A stretch of 54,160 nt of DNA from Novosphingobium sp. UBA6722. Its GTDB lineage: Bacteria > Pseudomonadota > Alphaproteobacteria > Sphingomonadales > Sphingomonadaceae. The stretch lies in assembly GCA_002454125.1 (NCBI GenBank), contig DKII01000092.1:1-54160 (forward strand), given 5' to 3'. Made by a program: the position numbers and the translations under genes. The notes below the pieces were generated by a model, which saw only the letters and a list, made by a program, of their open reading frames with translations, made no database searches and was not told where the DNA came from. Shown in pieces: positions 17,053 through 26,848 of the stretch; positions within the stretch are counted from its first letter, which is position 1, and each line of letters opens with the position of its first letter.

Positions 17053-18608
17053 CCAGCCTCGCCCAGCAATTCCGCCCGAAGCTCCGACTTGAGGATCTTG
17101 TTTGCCCCGCTCAGCGGCATCGGCTTGTCACGCAGGTCAACACTGCGAGGGCACTTGTAGTGCGCGATCAGGCTCCGGCAGTGGGCAATCAGCTCTTCTG
17201 CGCTCGCGCTCATCCCTTCGCGCAGGTTGACCACGGCATGGACTGCCTCACCCCAATGCGGATCGGGCTTGCCGATAACCGCGCACTGCGCCACCGCCGG
17301 GTGTGAAGAGAGCGCGTTTTCAACCTCTTGCGACCAGACATTCTCACCGCCGGTGATGATCATGTCCTTCAGCCGGTCAACCACATAGAGGTAGCCGGCC
17401 TCGTCGAAATAGCCGATGTCGCCGGTGTGCATCCAGCCGCCACGCAAGGCATCGGCGGTCAGGTCCGGGCGGTTCCAGTAGCCCTGCATCACCATTGGTC
17501 CGCGGGCGACCACTTCGCCGTGGGTGCCGCTGGGTACCGGACGATCCTCGGCATCGACCACCGCGACTTCGGCCAACATCGCCGGGCGTCCGGCAGAGCG
17601 GAGCCGGCCGCTGTCTGCCGCCTCGGGCAAGTGATCGCGCCAGCCCAGGATCGTCACCACCGGCGATAGCTCGGTCATGCCATAAGACTGGAGCATGCGG
17701 ACACCCGGGAGTGCGGCCATGAATTCGCGCAGTAGCGGCTCTGGCATGGCCGCCGAACCATAGGAGCCATAGCGCAGGCTGGAGAGATCGGTGGTCATGA
17801 GGCTCGGCTCATCCAGCATCATCCGGAACATGGTCGGGACGAAGGTGGCGTGCGTCACCCCGGTCCGGGCAATCTCGGCGATCACTTCGCTCGCCACGAA
17901 GCGCGGCAGGAACACGTGGGTCCCCGCGACATGCGTGGTCGAGAACAACCGCGCTGCCGAGGCGACATGGAACAGCGGGCCGTGGTGGAGGTGCACCGTG
18001 GTCTCGTCCATCGCCAGTTCGGGGACGACATTGGCGGTGTTGGCGCAGAAGTTGGCGTGGCTCAGCATCACGCCCTTGGCCGCGCTGGTCGTGCCGCTGG
18101 TGTAGAGCAGGCAGGCCAGGTCATCGCCGGAGCGGCCAGCATCTGGCACCGGTTCATGCCCGGCAATCAGATCCTCATAGGCGGCGAAGCCGGACGGCGC
18201 TGGCCCATCTGCGCTATGGATCAGCGTCCGCGCCTGCCCCTCCGGCCCTGTTCCGAGCACATCAGCAAGGTGGATGAAGTCGGAACCGAGGACCACCGCG
18301 CTGGGCGAGCAATCGTTGGTCTGTGCCACGATCTCCCCCAGCCCCAACCGGTGGTTGAGCGGCACGATCACGGCGCCGGCCCACATTGCCGCATAGAAGC
18401 ATTCGAGCGTGCGGTGGCTGTTGAGCGCCAGCAGCACAATCCGGTCACCCGGCTGCACGCCCAGTTCGATGAAGGCGGCTGCCAAACGCGCCACCCGGTC
18501 AGCGAACTGCCGCCAGGTAAAGCGCGCCGCGGCGTCGATCACCGCGACCTGATCAGGCCTGATTGCCACTGCCCGGCGAATGGCCTGGGTCAGACTGAAA
18601 CCCTGCAT
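17049..18608 (-). CDS. Acyl-CoA synthetase / AMP-binding enzyme
   Basis: YTSGTT..KG, SYGMTE, HTGDIG, DRLKDMIITGGENV, GANKILK. Confidence 0.93.
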   Translation of the reverse strand: MQGFSLTQAIRRAVAIRPDQVAVIDAAARFTWRQFADRVARLAAAFIELGVQPGDRIVLLALNSHRTLECFYAAMWAGAVIVPLNHRLGLGEIVAQTNDCSPSAVVLGSDFIHLADVLGTGPEGQARTLIHSADGPAPSGFAAYEDLIAGHEPVPDAGRSGDDLACLLYTSGTTSAAKGVMLSHANFCANTANVVPELAMDETTVHLHHGPLFHVASAARLFSTTHVAGTHVFLPRFVASEVIAEIARTGVTHATFVPTMFRMMLDEPSLMTTDLSSLRYGSYGSAAMPEPLLREFMAALPGVRMLQSYGMTELSPVVTILGWRDHLPEAADSGRLRSAGRPAMLAEVAVVDAEDRPVPSGTHGEVVARGPMVMQGYWNRPDLTADALRGGWMHTGDIGYFDEAGYLYVVDRLKDMIITGGENVWSQEVENALSSHPAVAQCAVIGKPDPHWGEAVHAVVNLREGMSASAEELIAHCRSLIAHYKCPRSVDLRDKPMPLSGANKILKSELRAELLGEAG

Positions 18609-18774
18609 TGCTATCCTGTCAGCCAATTCCTCTACCGGCCAGCCGGAGGCGATAATTGCGCAATTGTCCAGACCCGATAACACCATTGGCAGCCGGTGCT
18701 GTCAAAACGGTCAATTGGGGTGGCTGCGAAACCGGCTATCGCCGCCCCGAAAGCCCATTCGCTCAGGAGAGACC

Positions 18775-20493
18775 GTGACCGACGTTGCAGCATGGCTGGC
18801 CAGCCTCGACCAGGCCTTGTCTGGAAACCAGCCTGAGCAGGTTGCGGACCTGTTTCTGGACACCGGCCTGTGGCGCGATTTCCTGGCCTTTGACTGGACA
18901 CTGGCCACGCACGAAGGCCGCGCAGACATCGCCGGCTTCGCCGCGCGCCGCGCCGAAGCGACTGGCGCCAGCGATTGGACCACCGAATCCGCCGCCGGTG
19001 CCAGCGAGGGCTTCATCGCGTTTGAAACGGCGAAGGGCCCCGGCAAGGGTTATGTCCGCCTGGTCGAAGGCAAGGCGCTCAGCCTGTTCACGATGCTCGA
19101 CGAGCTCAAGGGCCACGAGTTCCCGCTCCGCCAGCGCCGCGCCAGCGGGCTGGTGACCGATGGTGGAGCAAACTGGTTGGACCGCCGCGAGCAGGAGCGC
19201 GCCGCGCTTGGTAACAGCCAGCAGCCCTATGTGCTGGTCGTCGGCGCTGGCCAAGCTGGCCTCGCCCTGGGAGCTACGCTGCGGCTACTAGATGTGCCGC
19301 ATCTCCTGATCGACAAGCATCCGCGCGTGGGGGACCAGTGGCGCTCACGCTACAAGTCGCTGACCCTGCACGATCCGGTCTGGTACGATCACATGCCGTA
19401 CCTGCCCTTCCCCGATCACTGGCCGGTCTATACGCCCAAGGACAAGATGGGGGACTGGCTGGAGTTCTATGCCAGCGTAATGGAGCTTGATGTCTGGACC
19501 GGGACCGAACTCAAGTCCGCCCGTCCGAGCGAAACAGGTTGGACAGCGAAAGTTGTTCGGAACGGAAAGGAGCTGGAGCTGCACCCTGGCCATGTGGTCA
19601 TGGCCGTCGGCAACGCCGGTTTCCCGCGCGTGCCGGTCTTTCCCGGCGCGAAGACATTCAAGGGCAAGCAGTACCATTCCAGCGCGCACCCCGGCGGTGA
19701 AGGTCTGGCTGGACAGCGCGTGGTCGTGATTGGCGCCAACAACAGCGCGCACGACATCTGCGCCGATCTGGTCGAGCACGGCGCGCACCCGGTGATGATC
19801 CAGCGGTCGTCCACGCACATCATCCGCCAATCGACCATGACCGACGTGATGCTGAAGCCGCTCTATTCGCAGGAAGCGGTCGCGGCGGGGCTGACGACGG
19901 AACGTGCCGACCTGATCTCTGCCTCGGTTCCGATCCGGCTGCAGGAGATTGGCAGCCGCCAGGCCTGGGCCAAGATCCGCGAGGCCGAGGCACCGTTCTA
20001 CAACCGGCTGGAGCAGGCCGGCTTCAAGCTCGATTTCGCCGAGGACGGGGCCGGTATCGCCGGCAAGTATCTACGCTCGGGCTCGGGCTATTATATCGAT
20101 GTCGGGGCATGCGAGATGATCGCTGACGGGCGGATCGCCTTGCGTTCAGGGATCGAGGTCAGCCGGATCGTCCCCGATGGGATCGAGCTGGCCGATGGCG
20201 AGCATATTCCCGCCGACCTGATCATCTATGCTACCGGCTTCGGCGCAATGGAGGAATGGGTCTCGCGCCTGATCGGCGAGGATGTCGCGGCACGGATCGG
20301 GCGCTGCTGGGGCTATGGCTCTGGCTTCCGCGGTGATCCCGGGCCGTGGGACGGCGAAATGCGCAACATGTGGAAGCCGACGGCGCAGCAGGGCCTGTGG
20401 TTCATGGGCGGCAACCTCGCCCAGGCGCGGTTCTACAGCCGGTTGCTCGGGCTGCAGCTCAAGGCGCGGCTGGAGGGGCTGGCGGACAACTGA
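18775..20493 (+). CDS. Flavin-containing monooxygenase (type II FMO-like, with N-terminal extension)
   Basis: GAGQAG, DQWRSRYKSL.LHD, FKGKQYHSSAH, IGANNSAHD, YATGF; GTG start after AGGAGA. Confidence 0.9.
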   Translation: MTDVAAWLASLDQALSGNQPEQVADLFLDTGLWRDFLAFDWTLATHEGRADIAGFAARRAEATGASDWTTESAAGASEGFIAFETAKGPGKGYVRLVEGKALSLFTMLDELKGHEFPLRQRRASGLVTDGGANWLDRREQERAALGNSQQPYVLVVGAGQAGLALGATLRLLDVPHLLIDKHPRVGDQWRSRYKSLTLHDPVWYDHMPYLPFPDHWPVYTPKDKMGDWLEFYASVMELDVWTGTELKSARPSETGWTAKVVRNGKELELHPGHVVMAVGNAGFPRVPVFPGAKTFKGKQYHSSAHPGGEGLAGQRVVVIGANNSAHDICADLVEHGAHPVMIQRSSTHIIRQSTMTDVMLKPLYSQEAVAAGLTTERADLISASVPIRLQEIGSRQAWAKIREAEAPFYNRLEQAGFKLDFAEDGAGIAGKYLRSGSGYYIDVGACEMIADGRIALRSGIEVSRIVPDGIELADGEHIPADLIIYATGFGAMEEWVSRLIGEDVAARIGRCWGYGSGFRGDPGPWDGEMRNMWKPTAQQGLWFMGGNLAQARFYSRLLGLQLKARLEGLADN

Positions 20494-20506
20494 GACCACG
20501 CAGGGT

Positions 20507-21796
20507 CTAGAGTTCGACCCGCTTCAACCCCGGCGAAAGCAGGTGGATCGCCGCGACCGCCAGGAAATAGGTGACGGTGCAGGCCATGAAGATCAGCGTG
20601 TAATTGCCGTTTGTCGCCTCGAGCACCAGCCCGGTCGACTTGGCCATGATCATCCCGCCAATCCCGCCGGCAAAGCCGCCCAGGCCGATGGCCGAGCCGA
20701 CTGCCCGCTTGGGGAACATGTCTGGCGGCAGCGACAACAGGTTGGAACTGAACGACTGGTGCCCGGCCAGCGCAATGCCGATCAGCAGTACGGCCAGCCA
20801 CATGTTCTGCAGGCCCGAGACGAACAGCAGCGGCAGGACCATGCAGCCCGACATCAGCAGCGTGGCCTTGCGCGCAAAATTGGGCGTGCGCCCGCGCTGG
20901 ATCAGCCGTGACGAAACCCAACCGCCCATCACCGAGCCAACGTCAGACAACAGATACATGATGATCATCGGCAGCAGCACGACCTTGAGGTCGACGTTGT
21001 AGGTCGAGCTGAAATACTTCGGCAGCCAGAACAGCATCAGGAACCAGACCGGGTCGGTCAGGAACTTGGCCACGGCAAAGGCCCAGGCCTCGCGCATGGT
21101 GATGAGGCGGCGCCAGGGCACCTGGTCGACCTTCTCCGGCGGATCATGCTCGATCCAGGCCAGTTCTGCCTCGCTGACCGTGCCGCTTTCGCGCGGGTTG
21201 GAATAGAGCTTCCACCACAGCACCAGCAGGATCATGCCGAACAGGCCCGACCAGATGAAGGTCTCGCGCCAGCCAAGGCCCAGGTAGTTCATGAACAGGG
21301 CCAGGGTCGGCGCGGTCAGGATCACGCCGATGGTCGTGCCCGAATTGACCCAACCGATCGCCAGGGCGCGTTCCTTTTGCGGGAACCATTCGCTGCTGCT
21401 GCGCGCGACCGCCGGGAAATGCCCTGCCTCGCCCACGCCTAGCACCACGCGGGCGGCCATGAAGCCGGCGACGGTCGAGGCGAAGCCGTGGGCGACATGG
21501 CCCACCGTCCAGACGGTGATCGCAATGGCATAGCCGATCTTCGGCCCGAACCGGTCGATCAGCCAGCCCATCAACAGGAAGCCCAGGGCATAGGCGGCCT
21601 GGAAAGCGGTGACGATCGTGCCGTAGTCGTTTTCGCTCCAGTTCAGCTCCTTGCCCAGCGACGGGGCAAGCAGGCCAAGCATGGTCCGGTCGATGTAGTT
21701 GACCGTGGTGGCGACAAACAGCAGCGCGATGATCAGCCAGCGGCGGCGGCCATCTGGTTTGGCGATCCCGGCGGCGGCAGCGGTGCTCTGGGACAT
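20507..21796 (-). CDS. exuT: Hexuronate MFS transporter (ExuT-like)
   Basis: TVNYIDR, EWFPQKERA, KFLTDPVWF..FWLPKY; sits in pectin locus. Confidence 0.8.
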   Translation of the reverse strand: MSQSTAAAAGIAKPDGRRRWLIIALLFVATTVNYIDRTMLGLLAPSLGKELNWSENDYGTIVTAFQAAYALGFLLMGWLIDRFGPKIGYAIAITVWTVGHVAHGFASTVAGFMAARVVLGVGEAGHFPAVARSSSEWFPQKERALAIGWVNSGTTIGVILTAPTLALFMNYLGLGWRETFIWSGLFGMILLVLWWKLYSNPRESGTVSEAELAWIEHDPPEKVDQVPWRRLITMREAWAFAVAKFLTDPVWFLMLFWLPKYFSSTYNVDLKVVLLPMIIMYLLSDVGSVMGGWVSSRLIQRGRTPNFARKATLLMSGCMVLPLLFVSGLQNMWLAVLLIGIALAGHQSFSSNLLSLPPDMFPKRAVGSAIGLGGFAGGIGGMIMAKSTGLVLEATNGNYTLIFMACTVTYFLAVAAIHLLSPGLKRVEL

Positions 21797-21814
21797 CGGC
21801 CTCTCCAGTCTGGT

Positions 21815-22612
21815 CTAGCGCGGCTGCGCCAGGGTTATCGTGCAGGACAGCGCACCGTGATCGCCAAAACTGGCTGTCACGGTCTGCCCAGGCTTGACCG
21901 GATGAACCCCGGTGATCGCCCCGGTCGAAACCCACAGCCCCTGCGACAGGTCAAACCCGCGGGCGCTGAGGTTACCCAGCAGGAAGCGGACCGCACCATA
22001 GGGCCCGTCGAGCATGGTCGCGGCGGTAGCCTCGCCCACGGTTTCGCCATCGACTTCGGTCCGCACGACGATTTCGCAAAGGTCCAGTTCGCGCCAATTC
22101 TTAAGCGTCGGCCCCATCACCACGCCGTGGTTGTTGCCGAAGTCGGACACGGTTACCAGCGGACCATCGGCGTTGATCCGGGCATAGGGCGAACTGGCAA
22201 TCTCGATCCCCAGCCGCACCTCGTCGATGATCGCGCGGGTGCCGGCATCGTCATCCGGCACCGTGCCGTTCCAGCCGGCCGCCACGTGGAGCAGCAGTTC
22301 CGCCTCGCCTGCCGCAAAGCCGCCTTCGAATACGGGCATGGTCGGGACTCCGCCGTTGACGGCCGAGACGACCTCATCGGCAAAGACCGGGCCGGACAGG
22401 CGATTGGCGCCGAGCTGGCCATCGAGCGGCGGCCAGATCCGGCCGACCTTCCACCCGGCGACCGCGCGGCCATCAAGCCGGATGGCGGCATCCTGGATCG
22501 AATAGGCCGCAGCCAGGTCCTGCGGCGGCGCGCCGGGGTAATCGGCCAGCGCACGGGCCGCGCGGCGCGCGGTGACAAAAGCCGTGGCAACGGATTGGGC
22601 CTGCTCGGTCAA
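21815..22612 (-). CDS. Fumarylacetoacetate hydrolase / 2-keto-4-pentenoate hydratase family protein
   Basis: AYSIQD, GWKVG, EAE, IEIASS, SDFGNN, VSTGAITG; TTG start. Confidence 0.8.
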   Translation of the reverse strand: MTEQAQSVATAFVTARRAARALADYPGAPPQDLAAAYSIQDAAIRLDGRAVAGWKVGRIWPPLDGQLGANRLSGPVFADEVVSAVNGGVPTMPVFEGGFAAGEAELLLHVAAGWNGTVPDDDAGTRAIIDEVRLGIEIASSPYARINADGPLVTVSDFGNNHGVVMGPTLKNWRELDLCEIVVRTEVDGETVGEATAATMLDGPYGAVRFLLGNLSARGFDLSQGLWVSTGAITGVHPVKPGQTVTASFGDHGALSCTITLAQPR

Positions 22613-22674
22613 ACTCTACCCCTCGATCGAAACATCTTGCCGGTCATCCGCCGGTGCTTGGCGCGGTGGCTAAA

Positions 22675-22688
22675 GGAAACCGGTGTCA
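22675..22688. promoter_or_regulatory. LacI-type operator, copy 1
   Basis: GGAAACCGGTGTCA (reverse complement TGACACCGGTTTCC) upstream of the FAH-family gene. Confidence 0.75.
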
Positions 22689-22721
22689 TTGGCAAGTCTG
22701 CGTGTGTAGGCGCGGCTTGGG

Positions 22722-24203
22722 TCACAACGTTACGCCGCGTTTCCAGATCGCAATCGCGCGCTGTCCGGCGCGTTCGGCGGCGGTTGGCGTGCCGCTGGCG
22801 ATGGCGGCAAGGCAGGCAGCGAAAGCCTGGTCCGCGGCGTCCAGTCCTTCGCGCAGCGCAAGCGACGCGTCGAAATCGATCCAGTGCGGTTTGGCCTCGG
22901 CCAGGTCCTGATTCGAGGCGACCTTGACCGTAGGCACCGGGAAGCCCAGCGGTGTCCCCCGCCCGGTCGTGAACAGCACCAGCGTCGCTCCCGCCGCTGC
23001 CAGTGCTGACGAGGAAACCGCATCGTTGCCGGGCGCTTCGAGCAGCGTCAGCCCGGCCCGCCCGGTCTGCTCGCCATAACCAATCACATCGACCAGCGGC
23101 GCATTGCCGCCCTTCTGCACCGCGCCGAGCGACTTCTCCTCCAGCGTCGTGATCCCGCCCGCCAGATTCCCCGGCGAGGGGTTCTCCGAAACCGGCAGGC
23201 CCTGATCGAGGTAATAGCGCTTGAACCGGTTCACGAGACTTGCGGCAGCGTCGAACACCTTGGTCGAGACCGCCCGGTCGAGCAGGGCTTGCTCAGCCCC
23301 GAAGATTTCGGGGATCTCGGTCAGGATCGCCTGCCCCCCGGTGCCACACAGGTTGTCAGCCAGCCGTCCGAGCAGCGGATTGGCGGTGAGACCCGAGAAC
23401 CCGTCCGAACCGCCGCACTTGAGGCCTATAGTCAACGCCGCAAACGGAAGCTCGACACGGTGAGCCTGTGCCGCCTGCTCGACCAGTTCGTCGATCAATG
23501 CGGCGGCGGCGGACAACTCATCGCCGGCGCTCTGGCTGGACAGTAGCCGGACCTTGCCCCGCGCCGCCTCTGGAATGGCCGCCAGCAAGGCGTCGAGCTG
23601 GTTCGATTCGCATCCTAACCCCTGCAGCAGGACGCCGGCGGCGTTGGCATTGGTCGCCAGCCCCGCCAGCAGTGCGCGGGTTCCGGCCAAGTCGTCGCCC
23701 AGCTGCGAGCAACCATGCGGGTGGGCGAAGGCATGGACGCCGTCGATCCGCCCGGCATGCCGCTCTCGCGCCGCGCGGGCCACTTCCTCGGCCGTGATGC
23801 CGACGCAGCCGACGCTGGGCAGGATCCAGACCTCGTTGCGCGTCGCAGCCCGGCCATCAGCGCGAAGGTAACCCTGCCAGGTCGGCAGCCTGGATACCGC
23901 AACATCCGTAGCCGGTAACGCGCCGGGACGATAGGAAAGTTCGCCCGCCAGCGCCGTCACCAGGTTGTGACTGTGAACATGATTGCCTGCGGCAATCGCT
24001 GCGCTCGCCCGGCCGATCGGCTGGCCGTACTTGGTCACAATCGCCCCGGCGGCATGATCGACCAGCGCCAGCTTGTGCCCCTGCGGAACTGGCGCCGAGA
24101 CGCGCACACCAGCGACTACCTCCCCCGCAGAAAGCGGCCGCAACGCGACCGCCACGGTATCGGCTGGGTGGATTTGCAGCGCGGGTGGGAACTTGTCTGA
24201 CAT
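22722..24203 (-). CDS. uxaA: Altronate dehydratase (UxaA family)
   Basis: SAF domain (GHKLAL..KYGQPIG..HVHSHN), VGCV, HPHGCSQLGDD, LKCGGSDG.SGLTANP, ENPSPGN.AGGITTLEEKSLG. Confidence 0.88.
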   Translation of the reverse strand: MSDKFPPALQIHPADTVAVALRPLSAGEVVAGVRVSAPVPQGHKLALVDHAAGAIVTKYGQPIGRASAAIAAGNHVHSHNLVTALAGELSYRPGALPATDVAVSRLPTWQGYLRADGRAATRNEVWILPSVGCVGITAEEVARAARERHAGRIDGVHAFAHPHGCSQLGDDLAGTRALLAGLATNANAAGVLLQGLGCESNQLDALLAAIPEAARGKVRLLSSQSAGDELSAAAALIDELVEQAAQAHRVELPFAALTIGLKCGGSDGFSGLTANPLLGRLADNLCGTGGQAILTEIPEIFGAEQALLDRAVSTKVFDAAASLVNRFKRYYLDQGLPVSENPSPGNLAGGITTLEEKSLGAVQKGGNAPLVDVIGYGEQTGRAGLTLLEAPGNDAVSSSALAAAGATLVLFTTGRGTPLGFPVPTVKVASNQDLAEAKPHWIDFDASLALREGLDAADQAFAACLAAIASGTPTAAERAGQRAIAIWKRGVTL

Positions 24204-24218
24204 GAGTCCATCGATTAT

Positions 24219-24232
24219 GGTAACCGGTGTCA
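24219..24232. promoter_or_regulatory. LacI-type operator, copy 2
   Basis: GGTAACCGGTGTCA (reverse complement TGACACCGGTTACC) between divergent uxaA and lacI genes. Confidence 0.8.
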
Positions 24233-24307
24233 ACATTTGCCTTTCTGCGCGCGGGAAGGCAAGGAAGATCACGCCCGGTCTTCCGGCCGGCAGTGCAAGG
24301 GGATGGC

Positions 24308-25336
24308 ATGGCGGGCAAATCCGGTCGCGAAGGCAAGCCGACGATCAACGACGTCGCACGCCTATCCGGCGTCTCGAAAAAGACCGTCAGCCGGGTGATC
24401 AACCGCTCACCGCTGCTCAACCAGACGACCCGCGAAAAGGTCGAGGCGGTGATCGCCGAGCTGGGCTATGTCCCCAACCCGCAGGCCCGTCAGCTGGCGC
24501 TGCGCCGCAATTTCTCGCTGGGGATGATCTATGACAACCCCAATGCGCAGATGGTGCTGAATTTCCAGGAGGGCGTACTCGACGCGATCCGCGGCACCGA
24601 GTTCGCGCTGGTGATCCACCCGGTCGATCGCCACGATCCCGGCCTGTTTGACCAGATCCGCAAGTTCATCGAACAGCAGCGGTTCTATGGCGTGATGGTC
24701 CTGCCGCCGTTGTCGGAGAACGATGCCTTTTTCGCCCTGCTCGACGAGCTGGGCTGCAACTATGTCCGCATGGGCTCGGCCGAGCTCGATGATCCGGCAC
24801 ACCTGGTCCAGTCGAACGACCGCCAGGCCGTGCGCGGGGCGGTCGAGTATCTGATCGCCCAGGGCCACAAGCGGATCGGGCTGGTCGAGGGGCCGGAAGG
24901 CTTCCGCTCGGCCCACGAACGCCGCGAAGGCTGGCGCGAGGCGGTGACCGCGCATGGCTTGCCCGCCGACATCAGCCTGACCGCGCGCGGCAACTATACC
25001 TTCGAGACCGGCAAGGAAGCCGGCATCTCGCTGCTCGGCCTGCCGCACCCGCCCACGGCGATCTTTGCCAGCAACGACGTGATGGCCGCCGGCGTGGTCC
25101 ACGTCGCGCGCGAGCGCGGGCTGGACGTGCCGGGCGATCTCTCGGTGGTGGGCTTTGACGATACGGCCATCGCCGCAACGATCTGGCCGCCGCTTACTAC
25201 CGTGCGCTGGCCGATCCGGACCATGGCGCGCTCGGCGGCCCTGAAGCTGATTCACCCCGAAACCGCGGGCAAGGAACAGTCGCTGTTCCCGACCGAATTC
25301 GTCCCCCGCGCCTCGGTTTCCCCACCCAAGAACTGA
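24308..25336 (+). CDS. LacI-family transcriptional regulator
   Basis: PTINDVARLSGVSKKTVSRVIN HTH; PTAIFASND, SVVGFDD, PPLTTV. Confidence 0.95.
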   Translation: MAGKSGREGKPTINDVARLSGVSKKTVSRVINRSPLLNQTTREKVEAVIAELGYVPNPQARQLALRRNFSLGMIYDNPNAQMVLNFQEGVLDAIRGTEFALVIHPVDRHDPGLFDQIRKFIEQQRFYGVMVLPPLSENDAFFALLDELGCNYVRMGSAELDDPAHLVQSNDRQAVRGAVEYLIAQGHKRIGLVEGPEGFRSAHERREGWREAVTAHGLPADISLTARGNYTFETGKEAGISLLGLPHPPTAIFASNDVMAAGVVHVARERGLDVPGDLSVVGFDDTAIAATIWPPLTTVRWPIRTMARSAALKLIHPETAGKEQSLFPTEFVPRASVSPPKN

Positions 25337-25375
25337 CAGAATTCGCTTCTCCAACACCGCGCTTGATCTTGGCAA

Positions 25376-25389
25376 TGACACCGGTTACC
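25376..25389. promoter_or_regulatory. LacI-type operator, copy 3
   Basis: TGACACCGGTTACC 40 nt upstream of the isomerase start. Confidence 0.8.
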
Positions 25390-25429
25390 TAGAACGACAA
25401 ACAAGCATTCAGCAGGAAAGACCAGACCC

Positions 25430-26062
25430 ATGAAGATCGCCCTGATCATCGAGAACAGCCAGGCCGCCAAGAACCCGGTCGTATACGAGGCGCTGACCTC
25501 GGTTGCCGAGCCGCTGGGCCATCAGGTGTTCAATTACGGGATGTACACGCCCGAGGACGCCGCTTCGCTGACCTATGTGATGAACGGCCTTCTGACCGGC
25601 ATCCTGCTCAACTCGGGCGCAGCGGACTTCGTGGTGACCGGCTGCGGCACCGGCATGGGTTCGATGTTGGCGGCAAACTCGATGCCCGGTGTGTTCTGCG
25701 GGCTGGTGATCGATCCGACCGACGCCTTCCTGTTCAGCCAGATCAACGATGGCAACGCAATCTCGATGCCCTATTCAAAGGGCTTCGGCTGGGCGGCCGA
25801 ACTCAACCTGCAGGACTGCTATCGCAAGATCTTCGAGAACGAGGGCGGCGCCGGCTATCCCAAGGAACGCGCGCACTTCATGGCCGCCAACCGCAGCAAG
25901 CTGAAGGACATGAAGGCCGCTTCATGCCGCGATATGCTGACCGTGCTGAAGTCGGTTGACCAGGACCTGCTCAAGGCCGCAATCGCGGGTGAGAAGTTCG
26001 CCGAGCTGTTCTATCCGAACTGCCAGGATCAGGCGATCGCCGACTATCTGCGGGCGCTCTGA
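25430..26062 (+). CDS. RpiB/LacAB-family isomerase, probable 4-deoxy-L-threo-5-hexosulose-uronate ketol-isomerase (DhuI-type)
   Basis: MKIALIIENSQAAKN, TGCGTG.G, NDGNAISMP..KGFGW.AELNL; coupled to kduD. Confidence 0.75.
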   Translation: MKIALIIENSQAAKNPVVYEALTSVAEPLGHQVFNYGMYTPEDAASLTYVMNGLLTGILLNSGAADFVVTGCGTGMGSMLAANSMPGVFCGLVIDPTDAFLFSQINDGNAISMPYSKGFGWAAELNLQDCYRKIFENEGGAGYPKERAHFMAANRSKLKDMKAASCRDMLTVLKSVDQDLLKAAIAGEKFAELFYPNCQDQAIADYLRAL

Positions 26063-26817
26063 TGGCGATCTCGTTCTCGCTCGAAGGCAAGGCCGCGCTG
26101 GTCACCAGGGCCAATACCGGGATCGGTCAGGCCATCGCGGTCGCACTCGCTGAAGCGGGTGCCGATGTGGCCCTAGCCGGTCGCAGCGAGCCGACCGAGA
26201 CGCTGGCGCTGATCGCCGCGGCCGGCCGCAAAGCGGTCAACATCAAGGCCGACTTCTCCTCGACCGAGCCAGTCGAGCGCGTGATCGACGAGGCACTCGC
26301 TGCGCTCGGACGGATCGACGTGCTTGTGAACAACGCCGGGATCATCCGCCGCGACGATCTGCTCCAATTCTCCGAAGAGGACTGGGACGCGGTGATGGAT
26401 ACCAACCTCAAGACCCTGTTTTTCCTGAGCCAGGCCGCCGCGCGGCACATGGTGGAGCGCGGATCGGGCAAGATCATCAACATCGCCAGCCTGCTGACCT
26501 TCCAGGGCGGCATCCGGGTCCCGAGCTATGCTGCAGCGAAGTCCGGCGTTGGCGGGGTGACCAAGGCCATGGCCAACGAGCTTGCACCCAAGGGCGTGCA
26601 GGTCAACGCCATCGCCCCGGGCTACATCGCCACCAACAATACCGCCGCGCTGCTTGCCGACGAGACCCGCAACCGCCAGATCCTAGAGCGGATCCCGACC
26701 GGTCGTTGGGGCCGGCCCGAGGACATTGCCGGGGCAGCCGTATTCCTCGCGGCCGAAGCGTCAGACTATGTCACGGGCCAGGTCCTGGCCGTCGACGGCG
26801 GCTGGCTGGCGCGTTAG
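26062..26817 (+). CDS. kduD: 2-dehydro-3-deoxy-D-gluconate 5-dehydrogenase
   Basis: NNAGIIRR, ASLLTFQGGIRVPSYAAAKSG, NNTAAL, RIPTGRWG, DGGWLAR; nucleotide-binding motif reads TRANTGIG. Confidence 0.9.
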   Translation: MAISFSLEGKAALVTRANTGIGQAIAVALAEAGADVALAGRSEPTETLALIAAAGRKAVNIKADFSSTEPVERVIDEALAALGRIDVLVNNAGIIRRDDLLQFSEEDWDAVMDTNLKTLFFLSQAAARHMVERGSGKIINIASLLTFQGGIRVPSYAAAKSGVGGVTKAMANELAPKGVQVNAIAPGYIATNNTAALLADETRNRQILERIPTGRWGRPEDIAGAAVFLAAEASDYVTGQVLAVDGGWLAR

Positions 26818-26848
26818 GCTGATCGAATGGTGCCTTATCCCTTCCTCA

